The notes below the pieces were generated by a model, which worked only from the letters and a program-made list of their open reading frames with translations, did not search any database and was not told the DNA's origin. This document shows, piece after piece, positions 23,005-34,374 of a stretch of 64,000 nucleotides of DNA. The DNA is taken from contig CAVVUS010000018.1 in NCBI GenBank assembly GCA_963751345.1, forward strand, positions 128,001 through 192,000, written 5' to 3'. A program made the position numbers and the translations under genes. Position 1 is the stretch's first letter; each line of letters begins with the position of its first letter. The stretch comes from an uncultured Chloroflexia bacterium (GTDB taxonomy: Bacteria > Chloroflexota > Anaerolineae > B4-G1 > SLSP01).

Positions 23005-24198
23005 TTGGGAGGGGTAACCGAGCTGTCTTGCAGCACCAGAACGGGCCCTGTGCCTTCGCGGGTGTCGGTGAGCCTGTTCTACCTCTGTTTCTATGGCGCG
23101 CTGGGTTCGCTGGGCCCGTTTCTATACCTCTCGTATCGGCGCCATGGCCTCTCGGCTCCGCAGATCGGCATCGTGATTGCGGTAGCCCACGTGATGAACC
23201 TGATCTCGGCGCCTATCTGGGGGGCGCTGAACGATACGCCGTCGGTTCGCTGCAGGATTCCCCTTCTGTCGGTGGCTTGCCTCGGTGCGGGTCCGAGCAT
23301 CCTCGTACTACAGGCCGCGCACGGCTTCTTCCCAACGATTGCCGCAGTGATTCTGTGGGGGTTCTTCGCAGGCCCTATCATCTCGCTTGCCGACGCAGCA
23401 ACGCTGGCAATCCTCAAGGGCGATCGTCATACATTCGGTCGCGTGCGTGTGTGGGGCTCGGTGGGAACCGTGGCAGCCAGTCTGCTGATCGGGATCGTGG
23501 GTGAGCAAGTCGGGATCAGTATTATGTTTCCCGTATATGTGGGGCTGTTGATACTCTGTGTTGGTCTTGCCTTATTGCTCCCGAGAACCGGCAATCCCCG
23601 ACACACAAAGCCAACCGGCGGCACGCTTCATCGGTTGGTGGGATCTGGTTTTTTCGTTTTCCTCTGTGCTATCCTGCTCCTCGACACTGCCAACATGATG
23701 TGGCGAACCACGTATGCGCTGCACCTCGACGATCTTGGTCTAGGGGTCGGACTTATCGGTGGCTTCTTCGCGCTGAGTTCGCTGGTTGAAATCCCGCTGG
23801 TGGCATTATCCAGGGAGTGGCTCGGTCGCCACGGGGCAGGTCGAGCGATGGTCACTGCTTTCTCTACATATGTACTGCTCTGGTTAGGATGGAGTATGGT
23901 GCAATCCGGGCCCGTCGTGCTCGCCTTGGCAATCATACACGGCTTCTCATTTGCTGTACTTCAGGTGGCGGCTGTGGTTCGGATCAATGAACTCGTGCCT
24001 GCCACGCATCTGGGCCTTGCACTGGGGCTATATGCCGCCTCCAGTCGTGGGGTGGGCTCAGTGTTGGGTTCTTTGAGCGGGGGCGCGCTCTACGACAACG
24101 TCGGGGGTAGTAGCCTATACATACTGTCCGCGCTCCTTGGCTTGATAGCGATTGGGATCCTGACGAGGCTTCCCCGTATACAGAGGGGGGCCGTGTAG
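23005..24198 (+). CDS. MFS transporter (MFS_1-like)
   Basis: About 12 hydrophobic segments, FGRVRVWGSVG, VEIP, IIHGFSF; start uncertain. Confidence 0.85.
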   Translation: MGGVTELSCSTRTGPVPSRVSVSLFYLCFYGALGSLGPFLYLSYRRHGLSAPQIGIVIAVAHVMNLISAPIWGALNDTPSVRCRIPLLSVACLGAGPSILVLQAAHGFFPTIAAVILWGFFAGPIISLADAATLAILKGDRHTFGRVRVWGSVGTVAASLLIGIVGEQVGISIMFPVYVGLLILCVGLALLLPRTGNPRHTKPTGGTLHRLVGSGFFVFLCAILLLDTANMMWRTTYALHLDDLGLGVGLIGGFFALSSLVEIPLVALSREWLGRHGAGRAMVTAFSTYVLLWLGWSMVQSGPVVLALAIIHGFSFAVLQVAAVVRINELVPATHLGLALGLYAASSRGVGSVLGSLSGGALYDNVGGSSLYILSALLGLIAIGILTRLPRIQRGAV

Positions 24199-24242
24199 TC
24201 AGTGAACCGTCCGTGTGATTCGCTTGGTGGAGGTGTGCTCTG

Positions 24243-26549
24243 ATGCGGTCTTTTTCCTTGGATGGCACTTGGGAACTCTACGGTAGTCCTGAGGTCGGCA
24301 GTCCGCTACGGCAACCCGCTGATCTTGCCGATCATTCTGATCTCTGGGTAACAGGACAAGTCCCGGGCAACGTGGAGCTAGACCTGGTTCGGGCTGGCGA
24401 GCTCCCCGATCCCTTCTTCGGGGACAACATCCAAAGACTGCAGCCTTACGAGCTTTATGAGTGGTGGTATCAGCGTGAGTTTGACGCTCCGCCGCTGCGG
24501 GTAGGTCAGCGAGCCGAGCTGGTCTTCGACGGCGCTGACTGCATCGCGCCCTACTGGGTCAACGGCATCGAGATCGGGCGGTCCGCGAATGCGCTGATCG
24601 AGCATCGCTTCGACGTCCAGACGGCCCTCCGACCTGGCGCGACGAACACGTTGACGGTGCGGTTGGGCTCGCCGGTCCTCGAGGCACTGCGCCATCCCTA
24701 CGATCCGTCGCTTGAGACCTGGGGGTTCGGTGAGGACCGGTTGTGGGTGCGGAAGGCAGCTCATAGTTATGGCTGGGACATCATGCCGCGAGCCTTGTCG
24801 GCGGGTCTGTGGCGCGGTGTTGAGCTCCGGGTACATGACGAGAGCGAGATCGATGACCTCTACGTCTTCACCCAGGCTCTGACGCCGGAGCGCGCTACGA
24901 TGGGGCTCTACATCGAAGTAACCACAGCGCCTGAACGCTTACTGGGCCTCCGTGTGCGCGTGCAGGGACGCTGCGGTGCGTCCAGTTTTGACATCTGCAG
25001 TCCCTTGCGTTTCAAGGCCAGCACACTCAGCTTCGAGGTGCCCGACCCCGAGCTGTGGTGGCCTGCGGGCTATGGTGAGGCGGCTCTGTATGAGGCTACC
25101 GTCCAGCTCCTGTGGCAGGACGAGGTCATTTCGGAGCGTACGACGACCTTTGGCATTCGCACCGTGACGCTGGAGCGTACGGATGTCACGAGTCGGGAGG
25201 ATCCAGGCGAGTTCCTCTTTCGGGTCAACGATACTCCGATCCTGTGCAAGGGCACCAATTGGGTGCCTGTCGATGCCTTCCACAGCCGCGATGCTCAACG
25301 GCTTCCTGACATCTTGGCCATGACAGTGGACCTCGGCTGCAACATCATCCGCTGTTGGGGAGGCAACGTCTACGAGGACCACGACTTCTACGATCTCTGT
25401 GATCGCCACGGAATTCTGGTGTGGCAAGACTTCGCCATGGCGTGCGGTCGATATCCTCAAACGCAGGAGTTCCGCTCAGCGATTCGAGACGAGGCCGTGG
25501 TAGTGATCCGCAAACTGAGGGGTCATCCTTCCCTGGCTTTGTGGTGCGGCGACAACGAGTGCGATATGCTCTATCCAGACCCTGAGAACAACCGCATCAC
25601 TCGTGACACGCTGCCCGGCGCTGTCTTCCAGGCCGATCCTTTCCGCCCCTATCTGCCTAGTTCGCCCTACATCAGTCCGGCGGCCGCGTCCCATGCCGAG
25701 CGGGACAGGACTTCGCCCGAGCAACACCTATGGGGCCCCAGAGACTACTACAAGAGCGAGTTCTATACCCAGCATATTGCCCACTTCGTCAGCGAGATCG
25801 GCTACCACGGGTGTCCCAATCTCTCGTCCATTCAACGGTTCATCGATGCTGAGCATCTTTGGCCTTGGCAGAACAACGATCAATGGATCACCCATTGCAC
25901 GGCGCCGGCCGGAAGGGACGATGAGCGCCAATATCGCGTCGAATTGATGGCGAACCAGATCAAGGAGCTCTTCGGCATTGAACCTGGCGATCTGGAGACC
26001 TTCATCCTGGCTTCGCAGATCTCGCAGGCCGAGGCCAAGAAGTTCTTCATCGAGATGACGCGTCTCAAGAAATGGCGCCGGACGGGCGTCATCTGGTGGA
26101 ACCTGATGGACGGCTGGCCTCAGTTCTCAGATGCGGTCGTCGACTACTACTTTGGCAAGAAGCTCGCCTACCACTACATCAAGCGCGCACAGTTGCCCGT
26201 CTGCCTGATGATCGACGAGCCGGAGAACTGGCACGTGGACCTGGTGGTGGGCAATGACACCCGCACCGACAGCCGTGGCACCTATCGCGTCCGCGACGCG
26301 GACAGCGGCGAGACGCTGCTGTCCGGAGCCTTCGGCAGCCGCGCCAACAGCAATGCCTCGCTCGGCGCGATCCGGGTCTCCCGAAGCGATCAGCGTCTCT
26401 TCCTCATTGACTGGTCAATCGAAGGCGTGACCTACGGAAACCACTACCTCCTGGGCACGCCGCCCTTCTCGTTGGAGCGCTACCGCGGGTGGCTTGTAGA
26501 GATTGCCAAGCTTCCTTCCGGCTTCGACGTTGCCAGCGTCGGTCGCTAG
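24243..26549 (+). CDS. GH2 beta-mannosidase-like glycoside hydrolase
   Basis: SLDGTW, RKAAHSYGWD, KGTNWVP, RCWGGNVYE, LWCGDNE, FVSEIG. Confidence 0.92.
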   Translation: MRSFSLDGTWELYGSPEVGSPLRQPADLADHSDLWVTGQVPGNVELDLVRAGELPDPFFGDNIQRLQPYELYEWWYQREFDAPPLRVGQRAELVFDGADCIAPYWVNGIEIGRSANALIEHRFDVQTALRPGATNTLTVRLGSPVLEALRHPYDPSLETWGFGEDRLWVRKAAHSYGWDIMPRALSAGLWRGVELRVHDESEIDDLYVFTQALTPERATMGLYIEVTTAPERLLGLRVRVQGRCGASSFDICSPLRFKASTLSFEVPDPELWWPAGYGEAALYEATVQLLWQDEVISERTTTFGIRTVTLERTDVTSREDPGEFLFRVNDTPILCKGTNWVPVDAFHSRDAQRLPDILAMTVDLGCNIIRCWGGNVYEDHDFYDLCDRHGILVWQDFAMACGRYPQTQEFRSAIRDEAVVVIRKLRGHPSLALWCGDNECDMLYPDPENNRITRDTLPGAVFQADPFRPYLPSSPYISPAAASHAERDRTSPEQHLWGPRDYYKSEFYTQHIAHFVSEIGYHGCPNLSSIQRFIDAEHLWPWQNNDQWITHCTAPAGRDDERQYRVELMANQIKELFGIEPGDLETFILASQISQAEAKKFFIEMTRLKKWRRTGVIWWNLMDGWPQFSDAVVDYYFGKKLAYHYIKRAQLPVCLMIDEPENWHVDLVVGNDTRTDSRGTYRVRDADSGETLLSGAFGSRANSNASLGAIRVSRSDQRLFLIDWSIEGVTYGNHYLLGTPPFSLERYRGWLVEIAKLPSGFDVASVGR

Positions 26550-26714
26550 GTTTGCTGACCCACTCAGACCGTCAGATGTGTAGGCTGGGACGTTCTATTG
26601 GAGTGAAGACCTAGATGGAACGATCGTAACCTTCGCCAGTCAGTCTCCTTTTCACGTACGTTCAGTCCTGCCGGACCCTCGACGGTCAGACCCTGATCTT
26701 TTGTGGTATCATGA

Positions 26715-27911
<1,197 letters not shown>

Positions 27912-27932
27912 GTAGTGAAAGGTAGGTATCGA

Positions 27933-28847
27933 GTGGAAAGATTGTCACGCAATGACCCATGCTGGTGCGGGAGCGGCAAGAAGTACAAGCACTGCCATCT
28001 GAAACAGGACCTCGCGCGGAACCATGCGCGCCGTCAGGTGGCAGCCCGCAGAAGTCGTGAGGTCATCATCAAGACCGAGGAGCAAATTGAGGGTATCCGT
28101 AAATCCTGCTATCTGACGCGTGATATCCTGGATAGTCTGCAGGGCCGAATAGTGGCGGGCATCACGACGGAGCAGATCAACACGTGGGTTCACAATATGA
28201 CCGTTGCCGCGGGTGCCATCCCGGCGCCCCTCAACTATCGCGGCTATCCGAAGAGCGTCTGTACGTCGATCAATGAGGTGATCTGTCACGGCATCCCCTC
28301 ACCTGAGCGTGTTCTCCAGGAGGGGGACATTCTCAACGTTGACGTGACCTCGATCCTGGATGGCTATTACGGAGACTCCAGCCGGATGTTCTTGATCGGC
28401 GAGGTTTCCGATGCCGCCCGGCAATTGGTAGAGGTGACTCGACGTTCGATGTATCTGGGTATCGAACAGGTCAAACCGGGCAACACGATTGGCGACATTG
28501 GCCACGCTATTCAGGTGTATGCTGAGTCCTTCGGGTATTCGGTGGTGCGCGCCTTTGTGGGGCACGGCACGGGCGTGGATTTCCACGAGGCCCCCGACGT
28601 GCCGCACTATGGCGAGCCCGGGACCGGGTTGACCCTGGTGCCCAACATGGTCTTCACCATCGAGCCAATGATCAACATCGGGAGCTACAAGGCCACAGTA
28701 CTGGAGGATGGCTGGACGGCAGTGACGTCGGACGGTGCGCTGTCGGCGCAGTGGGAACATACCGTCCTGGTCACCGAGGACGGTGTCGAGATCATGACGG
28801 CGTCGTCGGATACTAATCAACAAACCGCTTGGGAAGGAGACGTGTGA
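27933..28847 (+). CDS. map: type I methionine aminopeptidase with N-terminal SEC-C motif
   Basis: RNDPCWCGSGKKYKHCH, SVCTSINEVICHGIP, GHGTG..FHEAP, FTIEPMIN, SAQWEHT. Confidence 0.95.
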   Translation: MERLSRNDPCWCGSGKKYKHCHLKQDLARNHARRQVAARRSREVIIKTEEQIEGIRKSCYLTRDILDSLQGRIVAGITTEQINTWVHNMTVAAGAIPAPLNYRGYPKSVCTSINEVICHGIPSPERVLQEGDILNVDVTSILDGYYGDSSRMFLIGEVSDAARQLVEVTRRSMYLGIEQVKPGNTIGDIGHAIQVYAESFGYSVVRAFVGHGTGVDFHEAPDVPHYGEPGTGLTLVPNMVFTIEPMINIGSYKATVLEDGWTAVTSDGALSAQWEHTVLVTEDGVEIMTASSDTNQQTAWEGDV

Positions 28848-29140
28848 TGCAGGGGGACTCAAACGAGATTCGCAAAGGATTGCGGGACGTAATCGACTTC
28901 GAGATCGGGCTGGACGTGGTATCGCTCGGCATGATCCGCGATATCAGCACGGAGGGTGATAAGGTCACCATTACTATGATCCTCACCTCGCCCATGTGCC
29001 CAATGGCCTCGTTTATGATGAACCAGGTCAGGGATCGGGCCGCCGAGCTATCCGATAAGCCCGTGGAGGTCGTCATGGGCAAGGAGATGTGGAAGCCCGA
29101 CATGATGGAAGGGGAGGCGCGCGAAGCCTTAGGCATTTGA
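28847..29140 (+). CDS. DUF59 / FeS cluster assembly (SufT/PaaD-like) protein
   Basis: LRDVIDFEIGLDVVSLGMI, MILTSPMCP, WKPDMM..AREALG. Confidence 0.88.
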   Translation: MQGDSNEIRKGLRDVIDFEIGLDVVSLGMIRDISTEGDKVTITMILTSPMCPMASFMMNQVRDRAAELSDKPVEVVMGKEMWKPDMMEGEAREALGI

Positions 29141-29158
29141 TGGGCGTGCGTCCTGCGC

Positions 29159-29186
29159 TTGACATTTTCGTCTAGCTGGTGATAAT
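29159..29186 (+). promoter_or_regulatory. promoter of the pheST leader
   Basis: TTGACA (29159-64), 16-bp spacer, GATAAT (29181-86). Confidence 0.6.
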
Positions 29187-29207
29187 AAAGGTTAGTTGAA
29201 TCTCTTC

Positions 29208-29525
29208 AAAGGCATGGACGAGGAGAAGTAGTCGGGCGGCACCTGACAGGGAAGTGTGGTCGGAGACTGAGAGCCACACCCAGCGAAAGCTCGATGAAGT
29301 TCGCCTCTGAGCTGACCATTCAACGATTCCCGTCTGGGGAGTCAAGTAGATGGCTCCGCGAGCCCGGCGTTATTTGGGCAACCCATCGTCAGGGCCGGAG
29401 ATGTCCGGATGATTGTGGGGGAGGGGTTCTGTAAGCGTTCTCTGATTGTTTCGAGCGCCGCAGAACAAGCAGGGTGGTACCGCGGGAGCTACGCTCTCGT
29501 CCCGGCAAGGGACGAGAGCGTTTTT
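29208..29525 (+). ncRNA. T-box riboswitch (Phe)
   Basis: Stem I with AGTA and GAA-G-TTC specifier (Phe UUC, 29300-02); T-box AGGGTGGTACCGCG at 29471-84; terminator follows; lies upstream of pheS. Confidence 0.92.
29492..29525 (+). terminator. intrinsic terminator of the Phe T-box
   Basis: CGCTCTCGTCCC-GGCAA-GGGACGAGAGCG-TTTTT. Confidence 0.9.
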
Positions 29526-29528
29526 GTT

Positions 29529-29572
29529 GCGTTTTCACGTGCAAACGTACGAACGTTTACACGTTTCAACGG
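29529..29572. repeat. ACGT array with 8-bp period (six units)
   Basis: GCGT at 29529; ACGT at 29537, 29545, 29553, 29561; ACGG at 29569. Confidence 0.8.
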
Positions 29573-29593
29573 TTTAGTTGAAGGGGGTGGACA

Positions 29594-30685
29594 ATGAGTT
29601 CGTTTGAGGAACTGGAGCAGATTCGTGAGCAGGCGCTGGCCGATCTGACCGCCGCCTCGACGACACGCGCGCTTGAGGACTGGGAGGCGCGATTCCTCGG
29701 CCGCAAGGGCGAGATCACGCAGCGGGCGCGTCAGGTGGGCCAGATGTCCAAGGAAGATCGTCCGGCTTATGGGCAGCGGGTCAACGAGATCAAGCAACTC
29801 CTGCTCCGGGCTTATGAGACGCGGCTGGAGGAGATCCGCCAGGCGGAGGTCGCTCAGCAGCTTGCCTCTGAGACGATCGACGTGACGCTGCCGGGGCGCC
29901 CGGTGGTGCCCGGACACCTACACCTCACGACCCAGGCGCTGCGGCAGCTCTACGACATCTTCGCGAAGATGGGCTTCGAGGTCTATGAGGCGCCGGATGT
30001 CGAGCTGGAGGCGTATAACTTCGATCTGCTCAACATCCCGGAGTACCATCCGGCGCGCGATATGTGGGACACCTTCTGGGTCAAGGATTCGCTACTCGGC
30101 CCTAAGAGCCCTTCGACCGGTGGCGCTGCGAGTGAGGCCAAGCTGAGCAACCGGCGCCTGCTCCGCACCCACACCTCACCCGGTCAGATCAGGGCCATGC
30201 GCGAGCGCTGTCCCGATCCGATCCGCGTGATCCTGCCGGGGAAGTGCTACCGCTACGAGCAGATCACGGTCAGGTCCGAGCACCAGTTCTACCAGCTCGA
30301 GGGACTCGCCGTAGGTCGAGGGATCACGATGACGGACCTCATCGGCACGATGACCCAGTTTGCACGGCTCTACTATGGGCCGGACGAGGAGGTCCGCGTG
30401 CGCAGTTCGTACTTCCCTTTCACCGAGCCGAGTGTTGAGCTGGATGCGGCCTGTGTCCTCTGTCACGGCGCCGGTTGCGCGGTCTGCAAATACACGGGCT
30501 GGTTGGAACTTGCCGGTGCCGGGATGGTACATCCTGTCGTGCTCGAGAACGGTGGCTACGACCCCGAAACCTGGAGCGGCTTCGCCTTTGGGTTTGGCGT
30601 CGAGCGACCTGCGATGCTGAGATACAGCGTTGAGGATATCCGTCTATTCTATGGGAACGATTTGCGGTTCCTGCGGCAATTCTAG
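29594..30685 (+). CDS. pheS: phenylalanine--tRNA ligase alpha subunit
   Basis: HPARDMWDTF, LLRTHTSPGQIR, FYQLEG, SYFPFTEPS, GFAFGFGVER. Confidence 0.97.
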   Translation: MSSFEELEQIREQALADLTAASTTRALEDWEARFLGRKGEITQRARQVGQMSKEDRPAYGQRVNEIKQLLLRAYETRLEEIRQAEVAQQLASETIDVTLPGRPVVPGHLHLTTQALRQLYDIFAKMGFEVYEAPDVELEAYNFDLLNIPEYHPARDMWDTFWVKDSLLGPKSPSTGGAASEAKLSNRRLLRTHTSPGQIRAMRERCPDPIRVILPGKCYRYEQITVRSEHQFYQLEGLAVGRGITMTDLIGTMTQFARLYYGPDEEVRVRSSYFPFTEPSVELDAACVLCHGAGCAVCKYTGWLELAGAGMVHPVVLENGGYDPETWSGFAFGFGVERPAMLRYSVEDIRLFYGNDLRFLRQF

Positions 30686-30696
30686 GGAGGCCAACC

Positions 30697-33355
30697 ATGC
30701 GTATACCCCTATCGTGGCTAAACGACTACGTTGAGGTGGAGGATCTGGAGATCGAGGTCGCTGCGGCAGCGACTGGACCTTTCCGGACTCGAGGTGAAGA
30801 CCATTGACGTCATCGGGCATCCCGGTGCGGAGCTGCCCTGGGATCCCGAGAAGGTTATGACGGCGGAGGTACTGGCGGTCCGGCCGCACCCGAACGCCGA
30901 TCGACTGGTGCTGGCCGAGGTCAACTATGGCGGGGACGAGCATGAGATTGTCGTCACCGGTGCGCCCAGCTTGTACGCGCGAATGGGCGAGGAGGGCCTG
31001 CATCTCAAGGTTGCCTTCGCCTGGGAGGGTGCGGAGCTGTATGATGGGCACGCCGAAGGGTGGGCTAAGAGCCGGCTCAAGAAGACCACGATTCGAGGCG
31101 AGCCATCTCGCGCGATGGTCTGCTCGGAGAAGGAACTGGGGCTAACCGAGGCGGCGGCTGATATCATCTACCTGGAAGATGACACACCTGTGGGCGTGCC
31201 GCTGGTGGACGTGTTGGGGGATTACGTCCTCGACTTCGATATCAAGGGACCCTTCGGCCATCTGCAGTCGATCTACGGCATCGCCCGCGAGGTGTCCGCG
31301 CTCTACGGGCGGCCCCTCAAACGCGATGCGTCCAGTGCTATCCAGGCCTTGGGTTTGACGACGTCTGAAAACGTCGACTTCGTGGATCTGGAGATCGCGG
31401 ATCCGGACCTGTGTCCACGGTACACGGCGACGATGATCCGCAACGTCGAGATCAAGCCGTCTCCTTTGTGGATGCAGCTCCGGCTCCAGCGGGCAGGCAT
31501 GCGGCCGATCAGCAACATTGTCGACATCACCAACTACGTGATGTGGGAGCTCGGGCAGCCTCTTCATGCGTTCAACTACGCCCAAGTCCGCGCGATCCCC
31601 CGCCAGGGGAGGGATGGGGATCGGCCTACCATCGTCGTGCGCCGTGCGACAGAGGGCGAGCGGATGACCACGCTGGATGGGGAGCCGCGCGTGTTCGATG
31701 ATCAGATGCTGTTGATCACGGATGGTCAGGGCCCCGTGGGCATCGCCGGCGTCATGGGCGGTCTGGATAGCGAGGTGGGCGAGGAGACGAAGGACGTCCT
31801 GCTTGAGGCGGCCAACTTCAACTTCCTGAATATCCGCCGCACGAGTCAGCGGCTCAGGCTAAATACCGAGGCGTCGTCGCGCTTTGGCAAGCGGGTGGAC
31901 CCCGAGCTGGCGCTCCCGGCGGCAGCTCGGGCCGCGGAGTTGATGAAAGAGCTGGCCGGGGCCACGATCGATCCCGTCGTCGGCGATCTCTATCCGGGTA
32001 AGCCGGAACAGCGGACCATCGCCTACGATCCGGGCCTGTCGGACCGTCTTCTCGGGATCGAGATTGCTCCTGCGGAGCAGGCTCGGATCCTGAGGGCGTT
32101 GGAGTTCGAGGTGGATGAACCCGCTAACCTCGAGAAGGTTTCGCGAGCTTCGCTCGGGCCTGAACCTTCGCAAGATTCAGAGCCGACGACCTGGCAGGTC
32201 ACGGTGCCCTCCTATCGGCTGGACGTGGGGCTACCTGTGGACCTTGTCGAGGAGGTCGCGCGACTGTGGGGATACGACAAGTTCCCCAGCACGCTCATCG
32301 ACGAAGCGCTGCCGCCTCTGCGACGTAATACAGCACTGGAGGCCGAGGAGCATCTGCGCGACATCCTCGTTGGGCTCGGCCTCGATGAGGTGATCACCTA
32401 TTCGCTCATCGACCCGGAGGATGAGGCGCGGCTGCATCCTGAGCCGGACAAGCTTCTGACGCTGCCGGGCGAGCTTGTGCTGCTGCAGAACTACCTTGCA
32501 CCGGAGCGGTCGCAGATGCGGCGCACGTTGCTGCCTGGTGCTCTGCGGACGGCCTGGTCAAACTTGCGCTATCTGGCACGTATCGCCATCTTCGAGATCG
32601 GTCGCATCCACTATAAGGCCGGCGAGCCGGATGCCTCTGTGGGCGAGACAGGCGTGGCAGAGCCGCGCCACCTAAGTATCCTGCTGACAGGCCCACGCGA
32701 CCCGGCGTGGTGGCAGGAGGCAGGTTCTGCCCCCTCCGGTGCTGCGCCCGAGGGGGCGGTCGGGCAGAGTGGGGCGTTGCTGGATTACTTCGACCTCAAA
32801 GGTATCGTCGACGCGCTTCTGAGGCGTCTAGACCTCGGTCTGAAGGTGAGCTGGGGCCGCGGTAACCACCCATCGTTTCATCCCGGCCGGTGTGCGGCCG
32901 TGACGGTGGGCGAGCGTGAACTCGGCGTGCTGGGTGAGGTCCATCCCTTCGTTCGGGAGGCCTTCAATCTGCCGGATCAGCCGGTGGTGCTTTTGGAATG
33001 GGATCTGGAGGTCCTGCTCGGTGCGGCGGCGGAGGCAGAGGCGGAGAAGAAGATCGGGATGCTCTCACCTTTTGCCCCGGTCCACGAGGACTTGGCCCTG
33101 GTTGTCGACGAGGCGACCCCTGCTGTGGATGTCCAGCGCACGCTTGAGGATGCCGGTAGACCTCTGGTGACGGAGGTGACGCTGTTCGACGTCTACCGCG
33201 GGGAACAGGTGGGCGCCGGCAAGAAGAGCCTCGCTTTCGCGTTGAGCTATCAGGCGCCCGACCGATCGCTGTCGGAGCGTGACGTCACGAAGCTCCGCAC
33301 GCGCATTATTCGGGCGGTGGAGAAAGAACTGGGCGCGAAGCTGCGAGGCGGATAG
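30697..33355 (+). CDS. pheT: phenylalanine--tRNA ligase beta subunit (indel near codon 21)
   Basis: GGAGG + ATG near 30697 gives MRIPLSWLNDYV; continues in ORF 30731: HPNADRL, CSEKELG, NIVDITNYVM.ELGQPLHAF, LFDVYRG..KKSLAF. Confidence 0.96.
32126..32177. repeat. composite palindromic (REP-like) element in-frame in pheT
   Basis: Arms AACCTCGAGAAGGTT / AACCTTCGCAAGATT (12/15 complementary) around the inner hairpin CGAGC-TTC-GCTCG and CTCGGGCC. Confidence 0.65.
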
Positions 33356-33356
33356 A

Positions 33357-33384
33357 ACGTTAAGACGTGCTAACGTGGGAACGT
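33357..33384. repeat. ACGT array with 8-bp period between convergent genes
   Basis: ACGT at 33357, 33365, 33373, 33381. Confidence 0.75.
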
Positions 33385-34374
33385 CTTTTCCGTGCCGAAG
33401 ACGCTGCCCAGCCCCGGCAGCAGAGCCTCCGCTGCCGGGGCTGGCCTTCCGGTGTCGAAGAGCAGGTAGCGCGCGGTGCGGTAGGGGTGTGCGTGGCTGC
33501 CGCTCGCCACGCGCAGGTGCTGGCCGCGGGCCAGGATCCGGTAGCCGTTCCGGGCGCCGATATGGCCCGTGACCAGCACGCGCTGCACCGTACCGGCTTG
33601 AGATAGGCGGGCCAGCATGGCCTCAACCTGTTGGGTGTAGGCTTTCATGCCACCATCGTACTCGTTGCGACTGAAGAGAGCCGACCAGAGTAGCTTGAAC
33701 TCGTCCTGATAGCCTGCAAAGATTCCCAGCAGGTAATCGTCGTAGCGTGGGTCCGCGGGGCTGTCGACGCCCATATAGGTGCGCGCGAGGTCCGCATATG
33801 CGACGCCGGTCATCTCGCCCACGGCTCTGCGCAATGCCGGTCGCTGGCCCGGTGGTATCTGAGCCTCGACCCGGTTCAGCAGCCCCTCGTGGGAGAATCG
33901 CTCCAGATGGGCGATCGCGTGAGGGTCCGTCGCCTGCGGAAATGCCCCCGCGTGACAGATGGTGACGCCCGCAGCGGTGCGGACGACAAAGGGTCGTTGT
34001 CGGAAGAAGGTGAGCACACGCTCTCTATCAGGCCCCATGGCGCGCTCAAAGCGCGGGGTGTAGACCCGGTCTCCCTTGGACAGCGTCACGTGGTAGATAT
34101 GGGGCATCTCGTGGTTGCCCAGCAGGACGATCAAGGTCGGACCCAGCCTGGCCTTGAGTGTCATCAGGTCAAGGACGATCTCCAGCGAGCGATCCTCTGC
34201 GGGAGGTCCCTCACTGTGGATCAGGTCGCCTGTGAAGATCAGGAAGTGGGCAAGGTCACGGGCCTGTAGTTCAAGGAAGACATCGCGATAGCGCTCGTAG
34301 AGAGTCCAATCGCCATGGAGGTCGGTGACGACCATGGCGACGCCCTCAGTCAGGTCAACGATGCGGTCAGTCAA
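33370..34374 (-). CDS. calcineurin-like metallophosphoesterase
   Basis: VVTDLHG, FTGDLIH, LLGNHE, CHAG, VTGH; TTG start overlaps the HAD gene stop. Confidence 0.85.
   Translation of the reverse strand: MTDRIVDLTEGVAMVVTDLHGDWTLYERYRDVFLELQARDLAHFLIFTGDLIHSEGPPAEDRSLEIVLDLMTLKARLGPTLIVLLGNHEMPHIYHVTLSKGDRVYTPRFERAMGPDRERVLTFFRQRPFVVRTAAGVTICHAGAFPQATDPHAIAHLERFSHEGLLNRVEAQIPPGQRPALRRAVGEMTGVAYADLARTYMGVDSPADPRYDDYLLGIFAGYQDEFKLLWSALFSRNEYDGGMKAYTQQVEAMLARLSQAGTVQRVLVTGHIGARNGYRILARGQHLRVASGSHAHPYRTARYLLFDTGRPAPAAEALLPGLGSVFGTEKTFPR

Noticed and set aside
27933-28000. SEC-C zinc motif fused to MetAP as a novelty
   Set aside because: This architecture is already known in many anaerobes.
29529-29572. 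ACGT arrays or REP clusters as CRISPR
   Set aside because: The units are 8 bp with no 25-40 bp repeat/spacer structure, and there are no cas genes.
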